DNA of 64,000 bases, from NCBI GenBank assembly GCA_963845565.1, contig CAWJSJ010000002.1:832001-896000 (forward strand). Reading direction: 5' to 3'. Origin of the DNA: an uncultured Methylomirabilota bacterium (lineage in GTDB: Bacteria; Methylomirabilota; Methylomirabilia; Methylomirabilales; 2-02-FULL-66-22). Shown piece by piece: positions 1 to 10,019 of this stretch. The translations under genes were made by a program, and so were the position numbers. The notes beneath the pieces are model-generated. The model was not told where the DNA came from. It worked only from the letters and a program-made list of their open reading frames with translations, and searched no databases. Position 1 is the stretch's first letter; every line of letters begins with the position of its first letter.

Positions 1-149
1 CCCGGTCGGGAGGTGGGCCCGCTGAACCGACGGGGACCCCGCGGGGTGCGGTCTGAGCCGGTCTGCGTGATGCGATCCTGTGTCCTTGTACCAAACGCTC
101 GGCACGGATGTGCGGCCGTGCCCACTTCGCCCCCCTCGGGAGAACGCGC

Positions 150-1424
150 ATGCTGATCGGCTGGCTGGTTGTCCTCTTCCTGCTCCTCCTGGCGTGCAAC
201 ATTCCGGTGAGCTTCGTGCTCCTCATGATCTCGACGATCTACATCATCGTGAAGGATATCCCCCTGGCCGCACTCGGCCACGTCCTGACGACTTCCACCG
301 ATAGCTTCATCCTCTCGGCCATCCCCCTCTTCATACTGGCCGCCTACATGATGGATAAGGGCGATGTCTCGAACCGGATCATCGATTTCAGCCGGGACCT
401 GGTCGGTCATCTGCCCGGCGGACTTGCCCATGTCAATGTCGTGGCCAACATGATCGTGGCCGGAATGTCGGGCTCGGCCCTGGCCGATGCCGGCGGGATC
501 GGCGTCGTCGCGGTCAAGATGATGCGGCGCGGGGGCTACGACGACGATTTCACAGCGGCCATCACGGCGTCTGCATCCATCATCGGACCCATCATCCCGC
601 CCAGCATTCCCCTGGTCCTGTACGGGGCAATCGCCCGAGAGTCGGTGGGAAAGCTTTTCCTGGGGGGTGCCATCCCGGGAGTGCTCGTCGGGGTCTCGCT
701 CATGGTCTACATCTACATCGTGGCCAGGAAGCGGAATTACCCTGTCACGCCGCGGCCCACCATGTGGGAGATCCTGGTCCACTGCCGTCGCGTCTTCCTG
801 CCGATCTTGACTCCGCTGATCATCCTGGGCGGCATCGTGGGTGGATTCTTCACGCCGACGGAGGCGGCAGCCGTGGCCTGTTTGTATGCGTTCATCCTGG
901 GGAAGTTCATTTACAAGGCCATGAGCTGGAAGGACTGCTTCAAGGCGTTCTTCGACACGGCCGTCCTCACGGGTGTCGTGGTGTTCATCATGGGGATGGC
1001 GGCTCTCTGGTCCTGGATGATCACGAACGAGGGACTCGCCACGCTTCTGGTGGAGTACATGACTTCGCTCACCAAGAATCCCCTGATCATGCTCTTCCTG
1101 ATGAATCTGATTCTGCTCATCTTGGGGTGTTTCATCGAGCCGCTGGCGATCATGATCATGATCCTGCCGGTGTTTCTCCCGATTCTAAAGGCGTACGAGA
1201 TCTCGACGCTGCATTTCGGTGTGGTGATGACGCTGGCGCTGATGATCGGCTTGCTCACGCCGCCCTTCGGCGAGTGTCTCTTTCTGCTCTCGGCCATCAC
1301 GGGGTTGCCGGTGGGGCGTGTGGCGTCAGCGGTCGCGCCCTGCCTGATTTACATCACGGCCGTTCTCGTCCTCATCACCATCTTCCCGGGGTTCGTGACG
1401 TGGCTACCGAGCCTTCTCATGTAA
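150..1424 (+). CDS. dctM: TRAP transporter large permease (DctM)
   Basis: Hydrophobic ~424 aa protein with DctM motifs AIPLFILA, GMSGSALADA, IIPPSIP, FTPTEAA and TPPFG; ATG at 150 preferred over 108. Confidence 0.93.
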   Translation: MLIGWLVVLFLLLLACNIPVSFVLLMISTIYIIVKDIPLAALGHVLTTSTDSFILSAIPLFILAAYMMDKGDVSNRIIDFSRDLVGHLPGGLAHVNVVANMIVAGMSGSALADAGGIGVVAVKMMRRGGYDDDFTAAITASASIIGPIIPPSIPLVLYGAIARESVGKLFLGGAIPGVLVGVSLMVYIYIVARKRNYPVTPRPTMWEILVHCRRVFLPILTPLIILGGIVGGFFTPTEAAAVACLYAFILGKFIYKAMSWKDCFKAFFDTAVLTGVVVFIMGMAALWSWMITNEGLATLLVEYMTSLTKNPLIMLFLMNLILLILGCFIEPLAIMIMILPVFLPILKAYEISTLHFGVVMTLALMIGLLTPPFGECLFLLSAITGLPVGRVASAVAPCLIYITAVLVLITIFPGFVTWLPSLLM

Positions 1425-1800
1425 CGAAGCTGCGAAGATTTTGCGGCGTGTTTCGGGGCGGATAGAGCCTGCAGTGAGATCGGTGTCCAGGGAGAACAAC
1501 TGCTATGGCATCGTCTGCGCGACGAGCAAGGAGAAAGCCGCGGGAGCTACCCACAAGGTGACGGTCTTCCGGTCAGTCACGACCCCGTAATCCACGCGCG
1601 GTGGCCAGATCCATATCCGATCCGTCTGGTGCTAGCCAACCTCGGCCCGGGGCCCGTCCCGGCACACAGGCCGTCTGGAGAGCCCGCTGCGTCGTCGATT
1701 CATTGCCCCTCGGTGCGGTCGGCTCCGGCGGGCCCGCAGGGTGGCCGACAGATGGATCGGCGCGACCGAAAAAGGACGAGTGCCGTCACCTCACCTCCCT

Positions 1801-1901
1801 TAGGAGCCGTTACGAAATAACCTATACATCTCTTTCTATTTCGTTACGGCTCCTTCTGCCGTTTCGGAATGTCTCCGCTCAATTTATTCTTTGACAACGG
1901 C
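1801..1901 (-). repeat. MITE-like repeat family B, copy 1 (~100 bp)
   Basis: Reverse complement matches 41043-41145 (GCCGTTGTCAAAGAATAA...AGGAGCCGTAACGAAAT...TTATTTCGTAACGGCTCCTA); internal hairpin 1802-1853. Confidence 0.8.
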
Positions 1902-2321
1902 TTAGCTCCACGGGTGCTCCGCCACGGCGCGAGCGAACGCATGAAAATCTTCCAGCGCGGTCTCAAGGTACTCATGGACGCGCGCGTCGTCCACTTTCCA
2001 GTAGATGTGGACGAGCCTATTGCGGAACCGGGCCATGTCCCGGAGCGATTCGCGGAGCGCCTCCGGCAAGATCCCTTCCTCGATCAGGACCGCGAAGCTG
2101 TCCGCGTTGTCTTTGGGGAAGCGGAAATTCTCTGAGGCAATGATGTGGTTGGCTATATCAATACAACTCTCGATGGCGATCACGAAGTGGTACTTGGCGT
2201 TACCGATTCTGTCGGGCTGTGTGAGGAACGCCTCCTTTGGAACAGCCGCCAACCCTTCGAGGACTGCGACGTACTGTCGCAGATTGGACAGCATGGAAGT
2301 CAATGTCGCAGCGTCGACCAC
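1902..2321 (-). CDS. hepT: HepT-like HEPN ribonuclease toxin (DUF86)
   Basis: RNRLVHIY = Rx4HxY HEPN motif; IESCIDIANHII; GTG start 2 nt after the MNT stop. Confidence 0.88.
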   Translation of the reverse strand: MVDAATLTSMLSNLRQYVAVLEGLAAVPKEAFLTQPDRIGNAKYHFVIAIESCIDIANHIIASENFRFPKDNADSFAVLIEEGILPEALRESLRDMARFRNRLVHIYWKVDDARVHEYLETALEDFHAFARAVAEHPWS

Positions 2322-2322
2322 G

Positions 2323-2751
2323 TCATAACCCCTTGGCCGCCACTCGCCGCAGCCGGATTTCGTACATTCGGAGGTATTCTTCCTTATAGTCGTGGTATCG
2401 CCCGAGGAGTTCCCGTTCCAGGGCAACCCGCTCCCCGTCGTTCGCGGAAAAGATCCTGACGCCCTCTTCCAGGATTCGGCCCCTGAGATCCAATGGTGCA
2501 TCGGCAAGGTTCCGTAGGTCCACCTCACAGCCGACGACGGCGGACAATTCGGCGGCGAGCCGCATTTCCTCGCCGAGAGGCAAGGTTTCGCCGCGCCGGT
2601 GACCGCTCAGATAGTATCCAACGTCCAGGTCGCTTTCTTGCGTGGGGCGGCCGGACACTCGGCTTCCAAAGGCATACGCGACCAGGACGGGTCCACCCGA
2701 AAACGCGCGCGCTGCGGCGTCGCGCACCTTTTCCAGCATTTCGTTGCCCAT
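2323..2751 (-). CDS. mntA: MntA-like minimal nucleotidyltransferase antitoxin
   Basis: FGSRVSGRPTQESDLD = GSx10DxD motif; VDLRNL; lies directly upstream of the HEPN gene. Confidence 0.88.
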   Translation of the reverse strand: MGNEMLEKVRDAAARAFSGGPVLVAYAFGSRVSGRPTQESDLDVGYYLSGHRRGETLPLGEEMRLAAELSAVVGCEVDLRNLADAPLDLRGRILEEGVRIFSANDGERVALERELLGRYHDYKEEYLRMYEIRLRRVAAKGL

Positions 2752-2863
2752 GATGGGGAGGAGGATAGCAGATGCACCGGCGGGCTTCAAGGGCGAGCCC
2801 GGTGAATGCCCCCACAGGGCCGTCGGCCGCGCACACCGAGTTGCCGATCACGTCCCCAAGCGA

Positions 2864-4105
2864 CTATCCTGCCAAGAGAGATTTCCTCAGGAGGTCGATG
2901 GCGAGGATCGTGGCCCGTTCGCGGACCATGGGCAGCTCGCCGCCGAGTGGTTGCGCATTGGAAATGGGGCCGTTGGCCGTCGCCAGCGCGGTGTGGCTCT
3001 CACCCTTGTGTTCGGGCCTGCCCTCCTCGGGCCGGAAAACCCCGACGTTCGCCAGGGCGACATCGACGCTAAATCGGGATCGCGCCGTGTCGGCCAGCGC
3101 AGCGGCGAGACGAGCAGGCTCCTTCGCGAGCACGTCGTATTCGTTCGGCGAGCACCCCAAGAACCCCTGCTGCGCCTCCACGCCGGGAAGGACGAGGCCC
3201 TGGGAAAATACCGGGCTGCCCGTTCCCGCAAACCGATGGGCGATGGCGCCGCCCGTGAGCGTCTCCACGATGGCCAGACGGTTGGCAATCTGCGCCAGAA
3301 GAGCCGCCGTGTTTCCCTGAAGGGTCTCATCGTCCACGCCGTAAATCAGGATGCCGAGGCGCCGACGGATCTCGGTCTCCATGGCGCCGATCAGGCCGTC
3401 GGCCTCCTCGGGGCTGTCCGCGCGTGCGGCAATCCGGATGCGGACGTCGCCGATGGCTGCGAGCGTCCCCACGATGGGGTTTTTGCTCTCCTTCATCAGA
3501 TCCTTGATCTGGAGTCCGATGGCACTCTCGCCGAGTCCGCAGACGCGGAGGACCTTGTATCGCAGGACCTCTCGCGTCAGACCGAAACGCGTGCGGAGAT
3601 AGGGAACCACGGTCGCGTCCAGGAGGAAATACATTTCCGATGGGACGCCGGGGAGCGTGGCGGTACAGTACCCGTCTCCTTCCACGATAAAGCCCGGGGC
3701 AGTTCCTTTGGGGTTCTCAATCGGGATCGACCCCTCGGGGATGAACGCCTGGACACGGTTGTTCTCGGCCATCTTGAACCCTCGTCGCTCGATGAGGGCC
3801 CTGATCTGCTCCATGAGGTGCGGCTGAAACGTCAATGGTCGCCCAGTCACGTTGGCAATCGCCTCGCGCGTAAGGTCATCCTCCGTGGGGCCGATCCCGC
3901 CCGTGGTGATGACGATCTGCGACCGCCGGATCGCGTCCCGGAGCACGCCCTCCATCCGCTCGAGCGAATCCCCCACGGTGGCGGTCCGGGCCACCTCGAC
4001 GCCGATTTCCGCCAGACGCTTTGCGATGAATGCCGTGTTCGTGTCAATGATCTGCCCGAGGAGGAGCTCCGAGCCGATTGCCACCACCTCTGCTTGAACG
4101 CGCAT
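2864..4105 (-). CDS. cinA: CinA family protein (MocF-like domain plus degenerate PncC domain)
   Basis: IGSELLLGQIIDTN, TGGIGPTEDDLTRE, NPKGTAPG, LPGVPSEM. Confidence 0.9.
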   Translation of the reverse strand: MRVQAEVVAIGSELLLGQIIDTNTAFIAKRLAEIGVEVARTATVGDSLERMEGVLRDAIRRSQIVITTGGIGPTEDDLTREAIANVTGRPLTFQPHLMEQIRALIERRGFKMAENNRVQAFIPEGSIPIENPKGTAPGFIVEGDGYCTATLPGVPSEMYFLLDATVVPYLRTRFGLTREVLRYKVLRVCGLGESAIGLQIKDLMKESKNPIVGTLAAIGDVRIRIAARADSPEEADGLIGAMETEIRRRLGILIYGVDDETLQGNTAALLAQIANRLAIVETLTGGAIAHRFAGTGSPVFSQGLVLPGVEAQQGFLGCSPNEYDVLAKEPARLAAALADTARSRFSVDVALANVGVFRPEEGRPEHKGESHTALATANGPISNAQPLGGELPMVRERATILAIDLLRKSLLAG

Positions 4106-4392
4106 GAACCTGCCTCTCGTTGGCGCCCGGTGATTCGGTCAGGCGGTTGCCGGTTTCCCTGTACGTGTGACCCGCTAGTGTCCTGTCCCCGAAGTTCGTT
4201 GACAATTTGCCGGGCCTCAGTTCCATCCCTCCGACGCCTGGCACCTCGTCGAGAACCGCGCGGCCTTGGTCCGGGTCGGCCACCACAGAACGGTGACCTC
4301 CGTGCCGGACCCGGCCGCGCCGCGGGTGCAGCGTCTTCGGGATGGAACTGAGGCCCTCACTTATGCGGCGAATCTTTGGGACAGGACACTAG

Positions 4393-4429
4393 CCCGGCTT
4401 ATTCACGAAGGGTTCGTGAATAAGCCGGG
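4393..4429. repeat. Perfect 17-bp inverted repeat with 3-nt loop
   Basis: CCCGGCTTATTCACGAA-GGG-TTCGTGAATAAGCCGGG. Confidence 0.85.
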
Positions 4430-4517
4430 TCTAATGACCAATGACGAAGTTCCAAGGAACAATCGCAGGAGGGGGTCTCGCCCGCTGGATTCGAGTCCTG
4501 TTCGCGAAGAATGTGGG

Positions 4518-5595
4518 TTAGGCAATCGGGAACGCCACCGCTAGCTCTTTCCCCAACGTCGTGAAGTCCTTCACCACCGCATCCGGAATCGGGATCCCGT
4601 TCTTCAACCGGTCGGCCTTGGTCTCCAGCTCGATCTCGCCCGGGATGTAGATCCGCTTCACGCCCTCGGCTTTCTCGCAGGTCTTGATCTCGCGGATGGC
4701 CTTGTCCATCCCGGCGGTGAAGTCGGGCAGGTCCATGAAGCTCTCGACGTTGACGGCGGCAAAGACGCTGCCCACGTCCGTCGGATCCTTCAGGTTGTCG
4801 GCCAGGAATCCGGGGAAGTGCGTCCCGTAGCTGGAGCCGGTCATCACACCGCAGAGCATGTCAATCGCCAGGGCGATGCCGTACCCCTTGTAACCGCCGA
4901 TGGGGGCCAGGAGTCCCTTGAGGGCGGCCTGCGCGTCGGTGGTCGGGCGGCCCTGCGCGTCGAAGGCCCAGCCGGGCTCCAACGGCTTGTTCTGCTTGGC
5001 GTAGAGCAGGACGCGGCCGCGCGCCACCACCGTGGTGGCCAGGTCCAGGACCATCGGCTGCTCCTGGCCGGCCGGGATGGCGATGGCGAAGGGGTTGGTG
5101 CCGAGCATGGCGGTCCGCCCGCCGGTGGGCGCGACGGTGGCCGGCGCGTTGGTGGAACAGAAGCCGATCATCCCGTGCTGGAGCGCCATCATGGCCCAGT
5201 AGGCCGCGGCGCCGTAGTGGTTGGAATGGGTGGTGGCGACAAAGGCGACACCTGTCTTCTTCGCCTTCTCGATCGTCATCCGCATGGCGTGGTTCGACGC
5301 GACCTGGCCGATACCGTTCTCGACAGTCGATCAGGGCGGTAGACGGATGTTCTCGAAGCACCTTCAGCTCCGTCTTGGGATTGACCACGCCCACCTGCAT
5401 CCGCTTCACGTACACGCAGAGCATCCGGGTGATGCCGTGCGTGTCCACGCCGCGGAGATTGGCCTCGATCAAGGAGTCGGTGAGGAGGACCGCATCCTCC
5501 TTGCTCACGCCGACCTTCTGGAACACCTGCTCCGTCCACACCCGCAGCTTCGGTGCGGGAAACCGGATTCCGTCATCAACGCCTGGCATCGGCAC
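4518..5595 (-). pseudogene. Ldh_2 family (malate/L-lactate/ureidoglycolate-type) oxidoreductase with a +1 frameshift near 5322 (real or sequencing error)
   Basis: N-part ANLRGVDTHG; C-part SNHYGAA, LGTNPFA, LDLATT, GGYKGYG, IPGE; removing one base gives ALIDC-ENGIGQVASNHAM. Confidence 0.85.
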
Positions 5596-5619
5596 TCTCC
5601 TTTTTTGGTTTGGTGAAGA

Positions 5620-6588
5620 CTATTTCGTTTCGATCCCCAGCGTCTTCAGGAGCGTTGCGTAGGTGTCCGAAGCTTGCTTCAGCCATGTTCGGTACTCCTC
5701 CGGCCCCTGGAAGTTGATGGGCTGCCCCAGATCCTTCATGACCTTGGCGAAGTCCGGATCCTCGGTGACCGCTTTGCATTTCTCGGCCAAGTACGTGATG
5801 ACCTCTTTCGGGGTCCCCTTGGCCACGGCCATGCCTTTGACCGAACCCGCCGTCACCACGTCGAATCCAGCCTCCCGGAGCGTCGGCGTTTCGATCGAGG
5901 GGTCGCGCTTGTCGAGGGCCACACCGATGGCCCGCAGCCGCCCCGCCTTGATGTGCGGTAAGACCTCGCTGGGATGGAAGCCGCCCATGTCGGCATGGCC
6001 GCCCACCAGGCGAGTGACCGCTTCACCGCCTCCGGACCCGGGAACGGTGGTCAGCTTGAACCCCCCGGCCGTGGCGAACGCGTGCATGCTGATATCCGCC
6101 GCGCCGCCCTTGGTGCCGACGGCTCCCACCACGTTGTCCTTGGTTTTCGCCCAGGCCACGAATTCCTGAGCGGTCTTGTGCGGCGAAGTGGCAGGCACCA
6201 CCATGACCACTGAGTGGACGGAGATTCGGCAGACCGGCTCCCAGTCCTTGAAGACGTCGAAGGGGAGTTGCCGCTGATGGGGGACGACAATGTCCTCGCC
6301 CGAACCGTAACCAAAGAGGACGTTGTACCCATCCGGCCTGGCGCGGACGACGTCTACCCGTCCCGGAATCCCGCCGCCGCCAGCCTTGTTCACCACGACC
6401 ACCGGGACCGGAAAGTGCTTCGGGGCCACCTGACCTACGGCGCGGGCCAGGAGATCGGTGGATCCACCGGCCGCGTAGGGGACGACGAGCTGGATGGGCT
6501 TGTTCGGAAAGTCGGCAGCCGTCGCGGCGCCTCCGGTTCCCATCATGGCGACACAGACACCCAGGATCAGCCACAGCGTAGTTTGCAT
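5620..6588 (-). CDS. Tripartite tricarboxylate transporter substrate-binding protein (Bug/TctC family)
   Basis: Signal peptide; FPNKPIQLVVPYAAGGSTD; VVVNKAGGGG; PTLREAG. Confidence 0.9.
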   Translation of the reverse strand: MQTTLWLILGVCVAMMGTGGAATAADFPNKPIQLVVPYAAGGSTDLLARAVGQVAPKHFPVPVVVVNKAGGGGIPGRVDVVRARPDGYNVLFGYGSGEDIVVPHQRQLPFDVFKDWEPVCRISVHSVVMVVPATSPHKTAQEFVAWAKTKDNVVGAVGTKGGAADISMHAFATAGGFKLTTVPGSGGGEAVTRLVGGHADMGGFHPSEVLPHIKAGRLRAIGVALDKRDPSIETPTLREAGFDVVTAGSVKGMAVAKGTPKEVITYLAEKCKAVTEDPDFAKVMKDLGQPINFQGPEEYRTWLKQASDTYATLLKTLGIETK

Positions 6589-7018
6589 CGTTTGCTCCTC
6601 TCAGTGGGCAGACACACGATGAGGGTTCGGGAGGACAGCCAGTTGGACGCATCCTATCAGGCGGCGCCTGAGGAGCGCACGCAGAAGTGTTCGGTTGTCC
6701 GGGGCAGATACCCTTATTCGAAGGTTGTCTCGGACCGACAGGTCGTCTATGCGGATGATCCGGGCCCCGAGTGTTCTGGTGGGGCAACCGGCTATGCGCC
6801 GCGGGTGCCAGGCGCCCGCAGTGGCGGATACTTCTTCAACATGACGTGCGGTGCATTGCAGGCTTTCAAAGACGAGCTGCAGGAGATCACACGGCGAGGA
6901 GTCGCTAATCGCAATCGATGTCGGCCTCGAGTTCGGCGGAAGCGAATGTCCCGCTCTTCTTTCATCTTGTTCGGCGTCTTGGTCTTGGCGAGGAACATCA
7001 CCCTGCGGCGGACGCGTG

Positions 7019-8077
7019 TCATGGCCCGGCGCCGTGCTCTTTGAGCACGCGGGCGATCACGCCCAAGCTGGCTTCGAGGGCCGGTACCGGGGCATCCTCG
7101 GTCACGCCGATAGCGAAGCCGCGCGTCGTGCCCGCTTCGGCCAGCAGGCTGCGCGTGTGCTCGGCGATGACGTCCGGCGGTTCGATATGCATGGAGCTTG
7201 TGAAATTGAGCCAGAGGGCCTTCTTCGGCCACGCGGTGCGCGCTTCCCGAACGGAAAAGTCGCCCATTGGGGGCGGCGTCATGGCCTCGATGATGTGGCA
7301 CTCGGCCGCACCGATTTCGACGGAGAGAGATCGGAGCGTTCCGTCCATGTGCACGGCCAGCAGCTTCTCGGTGCCCCGAATCGCTGCGCTGATGGTCGCA
7401 TATTCGGGCGCAATGTACCGCTGGAACCGCTCGGGGCCGATCATGTCGCTGTATATGTTGTCCGCGCACCAGACGATCTCGGCCGGAGAAGCAGCCGCCA
7501 GATCGTAGATTTCTGCGTACCGCTTCGCCATCACGGCGAAAAGGGAGTCGAACAGGTCCCGCCGCTCCTGGTAGTCGGATGCGAACCGATCAAGCCCCAT
7601 TATCTGGTACAGCATTTCTTGGAGCGGCGTCCGCGGGATTCGCGCGAGCACCAGCCCGTCCTCCCCCACGCGCCGCTGCGCCTCCCGGAAGGCGTCATGA
7701 TTGTCCTGGAACAGCATGTCCTGGTAGTAGAACTCCATCACGCGGTAATCATCGGGTGTTTTGATGAAGTGCTCGCGGATCCAGGTCGAGGTATCGTACG
7801 CCGACTCGGGCTCGAGGACCTGCGAGGCCTCACCGACAGGCGTCCGGAGCGTCCGCTGGATGCGCTTGCGGCCGTTCTCGAAGTACTCACGGCTGATCAC
7901 CTCGACGGCGCGATGGCGGACGCGGAAGGGCGGAAGCCGGGGAATGAGGCCGACCCCGGCCTCACGGAGCAGGCGTTCGGTGCGGCCGCGCGGCAGCATC
8001 CAATCGTAGATCGTCAACGGCACCCGATCCGGCCGCTGTCCGCGCATGGCGGTGAGAAGGCGCTCTTTGACGGTCAC
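7019..8077 (-). CDS. Uroporphyrinogen decarboxylase (URO-D/MtaA) superfamily protein
   Basis: MTVKERLLTAMRGQRPDRVP N-terminus; DNIYSDMIGPERF; VHMDG; GTG start after GAGGTG. Confidence 0.78.
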   Translation of the reverse strand: MTVKERLLTAMRGQRPDRVPLTIYDWMLPRGRTERLLREAGVGLIPRLPPFRVRHRAVEVISREYFENGRKRIQRTLRTPVGEASQVLEPESAYDTSTWIREHFIKTPDDYRVMEFYYQDMLFQDNHDAFREAQRRVGEDGLVLARIPRTPLQEMLYQIMGLDRFASDYQERRDLFDSLFAVMAKRYAEIYDLAAASPAEIVWCADNIYSDMIGPERFQRYIAPEYATISAAIRGTEKLLAVHMDGTLRSLSVEIGAAECHIIEAMTPPPMGDFSVREARTAWPKKALWLNFTSSMHIEPPDVIAEHTRSLLAEAGTTRGFAIGVTEDAPVPALEASLGVIARVLKEHGAGP

Positions 8078-8133
8078 GATCACCTCAATTAACCGCCGCG
8101 TGTCCCCGCGAGCCGCGCCGGACTCGGCCCCGG

Positions 8134-9267
8134 TCACCCGCGCAGCGGGTACACGCCGTGGGCGAGAACGGTTTCGAACATGCGCACCACGTTTTCTGGC
8201 GGGACCCCAGGCTGAATATTGTGGATCTGGTTGAATACAAACCCGCCGCCCGGTCCCAGGGCCGCGATGCGCTGGCGGACCTCCCGCTCAACGTCATCGG
8301 GGGTTCCGAACGTGAGCACGCGCTGGGTGTCGCACCCGCCGCCCCAGAAACTTAGATCTTTGCCGAACTCCCGTTTCAGCTCGCGCGGGTTCATGCCCTC
8401 CGCGGCCACCTGGACCGGATTGAGGATGTCCACACCGATCTCGATCAGGTCCGGAATGAACCGGCGTACCGAGCCGCAGCTATGCAAGAACAGTTTGGCG
8501 TCGGTCCGGCCCTTGATGAACTGCCAGACCCGCTTCTGAGCCGGCTTGACCATCCTGCGATACGTCTCGGGCGAGATCAGCGGCCCGTCTTGTGACCCGA
8601 GATCCTCGGCCACCATGACGACGTCCACGTACGGTCCGACTTCGGCCAGCACCCGGTCGTAAAGAGCGACCTGGTAGTCGGCGACCCCCTGGATCAATGC
8701 CTCAGCGAATTGGGGCTCCGCGACCATGTCCATGTAGAAGTTCTCGAAGCCCCGCAACGCCCAGCCCTGCTCGAAGGCGCCGAATCCCGTGTTGTCCAGG
8801 ACGACGGCGTACGTGCCTTGCTCCCGGAGCGCGCGCGCCCGGTCGGCGATGCCGGCGGTGCGGCCCGGATCGTGGGGGTCGGGCCAGCGGTAGGCCTTGA
8901 GCGCCTCCATCGTCGGCTCGGGAATCGGGTGCGCCACCATGTCCCAGTACAGGCTTGACGGCGGCTTCTGCCAGCGCGTTCCCCAGATATCCAGGTAGGA
9001 ATTGTCGGGGTCGAGGCGCACCTGGTACCCTCGCGGGGCGCCGACGCGCACATAGCGCGTATCGATCCCGAATCGGTGCAGGATCGGTTCGTCCACCTCC
9101 ACGTGATCGCGCACGAAGGTCCTGGTCTGGCTCTTGAACCCCAGCAAGGCCTTCAGGCGATCGTAGGCCTCGACCTCGATCCCCGTGGTGCCCCCGCCCA
9201 GGTCAATCGGAACGCGATCCGGCTCTTCGTGGCGCACACTCGCGAGCAGGCGTTCTCTGGAAGTCAC
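8134..9267 (-). CDS. Uroporphyrinogen decarboxylase (URO-D/MtaA) superfamily protein
   Basis: TSRERLLASVRHEEPDRVP, EDLGSQDGPLISP, HSCG, LNPVQ, FWGGGCDTQ, GGGFVF. Confidence 0.88.
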   Translation of the reverse strand: MTSRERLLASVRHEEPDRVPIDLGGGTTGIEVEAYDRLKALLGFKSQTRTFVRDHVEVDEPILHRFGIDTRYVRVGAPRGYQVRLDPDNSYLDIWGTRWQKPPSSLYWDMVAHPIPEPTMEALKAYRWPDPHDPGRTAGIADRARALREQGTYAVVLDNTGFGAFEQGWALRGFENFYMDMVAEPQFAEALIQGVADYQVALYDRVLAEVGPYVDVVMVAEDLGSQDGPLISPETYRRMVKPAQKRVWQFIKGRTDAKLFLHSCGSVRRFIPDLIEIGVDILNPVQVAAEGMNPRELKREFGKDLSFWGGGCDTQRVLTFGTPDDVEREVRQRIAALGPGGGFVFNQIHNIQPGVPPENVVRMFETVLAHGVYPLRG

Positions 9268-9302
9268 GCACCCCTCCTTGACCACACTTCTGGATCAACC
9301 GT

Positions 9303-10019
9303 CTATCCGCCCAGATAACTCTTTCGCACGTTTTCGTTGTTCAACAAGTCTTCGCATTTCTCACACATAACGATTTTACCACTCTCGAGCACATAGCCTC
9401 GATCGGCGATGCTCAATGCCGCCTTGGAGTTCTGCTCAACCAGCAGGATCGGCATGCCTTCCTTGTTGATTTCACGAATGATCTGAAACACTTCTTTCAC
9501 GATCAGCGGCGCCAACCCGAGGGACGGCTCATCCATCAAGATCAGCTTCGGTTTGGCCATCAGGGCGCGCGCAATCGCCAACATCTGCTGTTCGCCGCCG
9601 CTCAGCGTCCCGCCCAGCTGCTTTTCCCGTTCATGCAGCCGGGGAAAGCGACGGTAGATGTTCTGGAGGTCACCATCGATCGCAGTCTTGTCGGTGCGCA
9701 GGTACGCCCCCATCATCAGGTTTTCCTTGATGGTCAGGTGGGGGAAGATATGCCGGCCTTCCAGCACCTGGGTGATTCCACATTTTGAGACTTCGTGCGG
9801 CTTCATCCCATTCAGGCTCTTTCCCATGAACGTGACGGTGCCGCTTTCGAAGTGACCCAGCAACCCCGAGATGCAATGGAGCGTCGTCGTCTTTCCCGCG
9901 CCGTTTGCGCCGATCAATGCGACGATCTCGCCCTCTCCGATCGTCAGATTGACCCCTTTCAGCGCTCGGATCTTCCCGTAAGAGTGCAGCAGATTGTTGA
10001 CTTCCAGAATGTTCGGCAT
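9303..10019 (-). CDS. livF: Branched-chain-type ABC transporter ATP-binding protein
   Basis: [37 protein letters not shown]. Confidence 0.92.
   Translation of the reverse strand: MPNILEVNNLLHSYGKIRALKGVNLTIGEGEIVALIGANGAGKTTTLHCISGLLGHFESGTVTFMGKSLNGMKPHEVSKCGITQVLEGRHIFPHLTIKENLMMGAYLRTDKTAIDGDLQNIYRRFPRLHEREKQLGGTLSGGEQQMLAIARALMAKPKLILMDEPSLGLAPLIVKEVFQIIREINKEGMPILLVEQNSKAALSIADRGYVLESGKIVMCEKCEDLLNNENVRKSYLGG

Noticed and set aside
1450..1800. Short reading frame fragments after dctM
   Set aside because: No convincing start, RBS or motif
5310..5335. Programmed ribosomal frameshifting in the Ldh_2 gene
   Set aside because: No slippery sequence, and the same error type occurs in three unrelated genes
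6792..7022. 76-codon minus-strand ORF overlapping the URO-D stop (MTRVRRRVMFLAK...)
   Set aside because: No recognisable family and Arg-rich composition; may be a gene remnant but cannot be supported
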